Shown: positions 62,450-64,000 of the stretch, one piece after another
Numbering within the stretch: the first letter of the stretch is position 1
Layout: each line of letters opens with the position of its first letter
Assembly: GCA_963664015.2 (NCBI GenBank)
Contig: CAXXLF010000002.1
Span: 1,728,001 to 1,792,000 of the forward strand
Direction of reading: 5' to 3'
DNA from: Candidatus Binatia bacterium
GTDB lineage: Bacteria > Desulfobacterota > Binatia > UBA9968 > CAXXLF01
DNA length: 64,000 bases
Notes under the pieces: model-generated
What the model saw: the letters and a program-made list of their open reading frames with translations, nothing else
What the model was told of the DNA's origin: nothing
Databases searched by the model: none
Position numbers and translations under genes: made by a program

Positions 62450-62659
62450 AATTTTCTTTCTCAGACGTTCGTTGATCGAGAGTTTCGGTCGTTCCGTCAC
62501 CGGCTTGAGTGTTATACTCACGATTACCGGTTAACATTGCCTTCCTTCTCGAGGGATGGGGGTCCCGCCGTCTTTCCATATCACCATATTGACATGACAG
62601 AGCCCGTAGGCTACTTCCAGGGTTGGTCCGTCTACACAGATGATCCCAGGAGAACCGTC

Positions 62660-63742
62660 ATGAAAGTCATCGACGCCGATGCGCACGTCGAAGAATCCGT
62701 CGCAACTTGGCAGTATCTCGAGCCACAATTCTATCCCAGGAGACCCATTCCAGTAACATTGCCGCAGGACACGAGCTGGGGGAAGTGGAACGCGGTATGG
62801 CTCATAGACAAGAAAGTGCGCCAGGCAGCGGCCAATCCAACAACGATGGAGTTGGCACAGAGCAAAGGGATCTCAGTCCCGTCTCAAGAACTCACGAGTG
62901 TACCGGCGCGGCTCGGTGATCTGGACTTATTTGGCATAGAAAAGCAGGTTATTTATCCCTCTGCTTGGCTTGGATGTCTGGCCGAGGACGTAGAGTTGGA
63001 AGCGGCCCTCGCTAAAAGCTACAACGAATTCATGTCCACCCAATGTACCCAGTCCGGAGGGAGACTCATGTACGCGGCGGTACTGCCCTTTCGGCAACCT
63101 CAAACGGCCGTCGATGAGATTCGCAATGTACGGAAAATGGGAGGGGCCGTGAGCATCTTTGTCCGGGGAATGGAGTGGGACATGCCGGTCAATCACCCTT
63201 CCTTCTTCCCGATTTATGAGGAAGCGGAACGCCAGAATCTGGCCATAGCTGTGCACATTGGATTTGGCAGTCCAGCTATCAGTCGGATGTTTGAAGGTCT
63301 CGCCGGCCTGCCAGATGAGAGGCCTTTTATACCCCCCAGAGGCCGGCTACTCGTTAGTGGCCTGCTGATCCAGTACGCCTTCAACGGGATTATCACTGCG
63401 GGTCTAATGGAAGAGTTCCCTAAACTCCGTTGGGTATTTCTTGAGGCAGGCTCCGAGTGGATGGTCCCGGCGGTCAGAATTGTGGAACGTTCGGATAACC
63501 GCCAGATCCGAAAGCACTTCGAGGAAGGGCGCTTATTTGCATCCTGTGAGCCCGATGAGAACCTGCCTTATCTGATGAACGAGTTTGGGGAGGATTGGCT
63601 CGTGGTGGCGAGCGACCTGCCCCATGCCGATGACTTTCATCACGATCGCCCGGAAGAGGTGTTTCGCCAACGGGGCGACCTCTCTGAAAGCCAGCTTCGG
63701 AAACTTCTCTGCGACAATGCTGCCCGGCTGTACGGTCTTTGA
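62660..63742 (+). CDS. amidohydrolase_2 family protein
   Basis: IDADAH, AVH, FLEAG, ASDLPH.D, DNAARLY. Confidence 0.88.
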   Translation: MKVIDADAHVEESVATWQYLEPQFYPRRPIPVTLPQDTSWGKWNAVWLIDKKVRQAAANPTTMELAQSKGISVPSQELTSVPARLGDLDLFGIEKQVIYPSAWLGCLAEDVELEAALAKSYNEFMSTQCTQSGGRLMYAAVLPFRQPQTAVDEIRNVRKMGGAVSIFVRGMEWDMPVNHPSFFPIYEEAERQNLAIAVHIGFGSPAISRMFEGLAGLPDERPFIPPRGRLLVSGLLIQYAFNGIITAGLMEEFPKLRWVFLEAGSEWMVPAVRIVERSDNRQIRKHFEEGRLFASCEPDENLPYLMNEFGEDWLVVASDLPHADDFHHDRPEEVFRQRGDLSESQLRKLLCDNAARLYGL

Positions 63743-63789
63743 GTAACGTTTGTGTCGCCATGACGTAAATAAGGAAGGAGAGCTGCGCA

Positions 63790-64000
63790 ATGACGGGACG
63801 ACTTACTGACAAGGTGGCAATTGTTACGGGGGCTGCAAGCGGTCAGGGACGGGTGGCGGCGGAACTCTTTGCCCGGGAAGGCGCTCAAATGGTCTTGGCC
63901 GATATGGATACGGAGGGGTTGGAGGAGGTTGCGGCTAATGTACGCAAGGGCGGCGGAGATCCCCAGTTATTCATGGGGGACCTCACGCAGGAAGAGGCCA
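63790..64000 (+). CDS. short-chain dehydrogenase/reductase (5' part)
   Basis: MTGRLTDKVAIVTGAASGQG; AAGGAAGGAG RBS. Confidence 0.88.
   Translation, partial: MTGRLTDKVAIVTGAASGQGRVAAELFAREGAQMVLADMDTEGLEEVAANVRKGGGDPQLFMGDLTQEEA

Noticed and set aside
62450-64000. Genomic island integrated at tRNA-Gly
   Set aside because: No integrase, no duplicated tRNA 3' end and no composition shift visible within the window

Overview
Bacterial chromosomal segment around the replication origin. Gene content and order point to Deltaproteobacteria sensu lato, possibly Candidatus Binatia (inference only). Core genes: metG-holB-tmk; mnmE-mnmG-rsmG-parA-parB with two parS sites; a split ATP synthase (atpF'FHAGD with no atpC, and atpZ-I-B-E about 21 kb away); hemL; an oriC with DnaA boxes and DnaA-trios in front of a dnaN that has no dnaA, recF or gyrB neighbours; Moco genes; plsY; exbBD; ccdA; eno; ftsB; pcm; tRNA-Gly(CCC). 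Accessory parts: a bicupin plus EutA-like ATPase pair without eutBC, with a second bicupin paralog; a NikR/porin/ZnuABC-type metal uptake locus; a RAPP-motif leader ORF in front of a Cox11/SCO/VKOR cluster; a minimal Na+-pumping acyl-CoA decarboxylase; and a stand-alone transcription unit for a 17-aa Lys/Ala peptide. Several accessory genes carry in-frame stops compatible with C-to-T changes. The mnmG and rsmG frameshifts lie in homopolymers and look like sequencing errors. Small palindromic and heptamer-repeat elements sit inside core operons. All calls come from motif recognition by eye; no database search was run.
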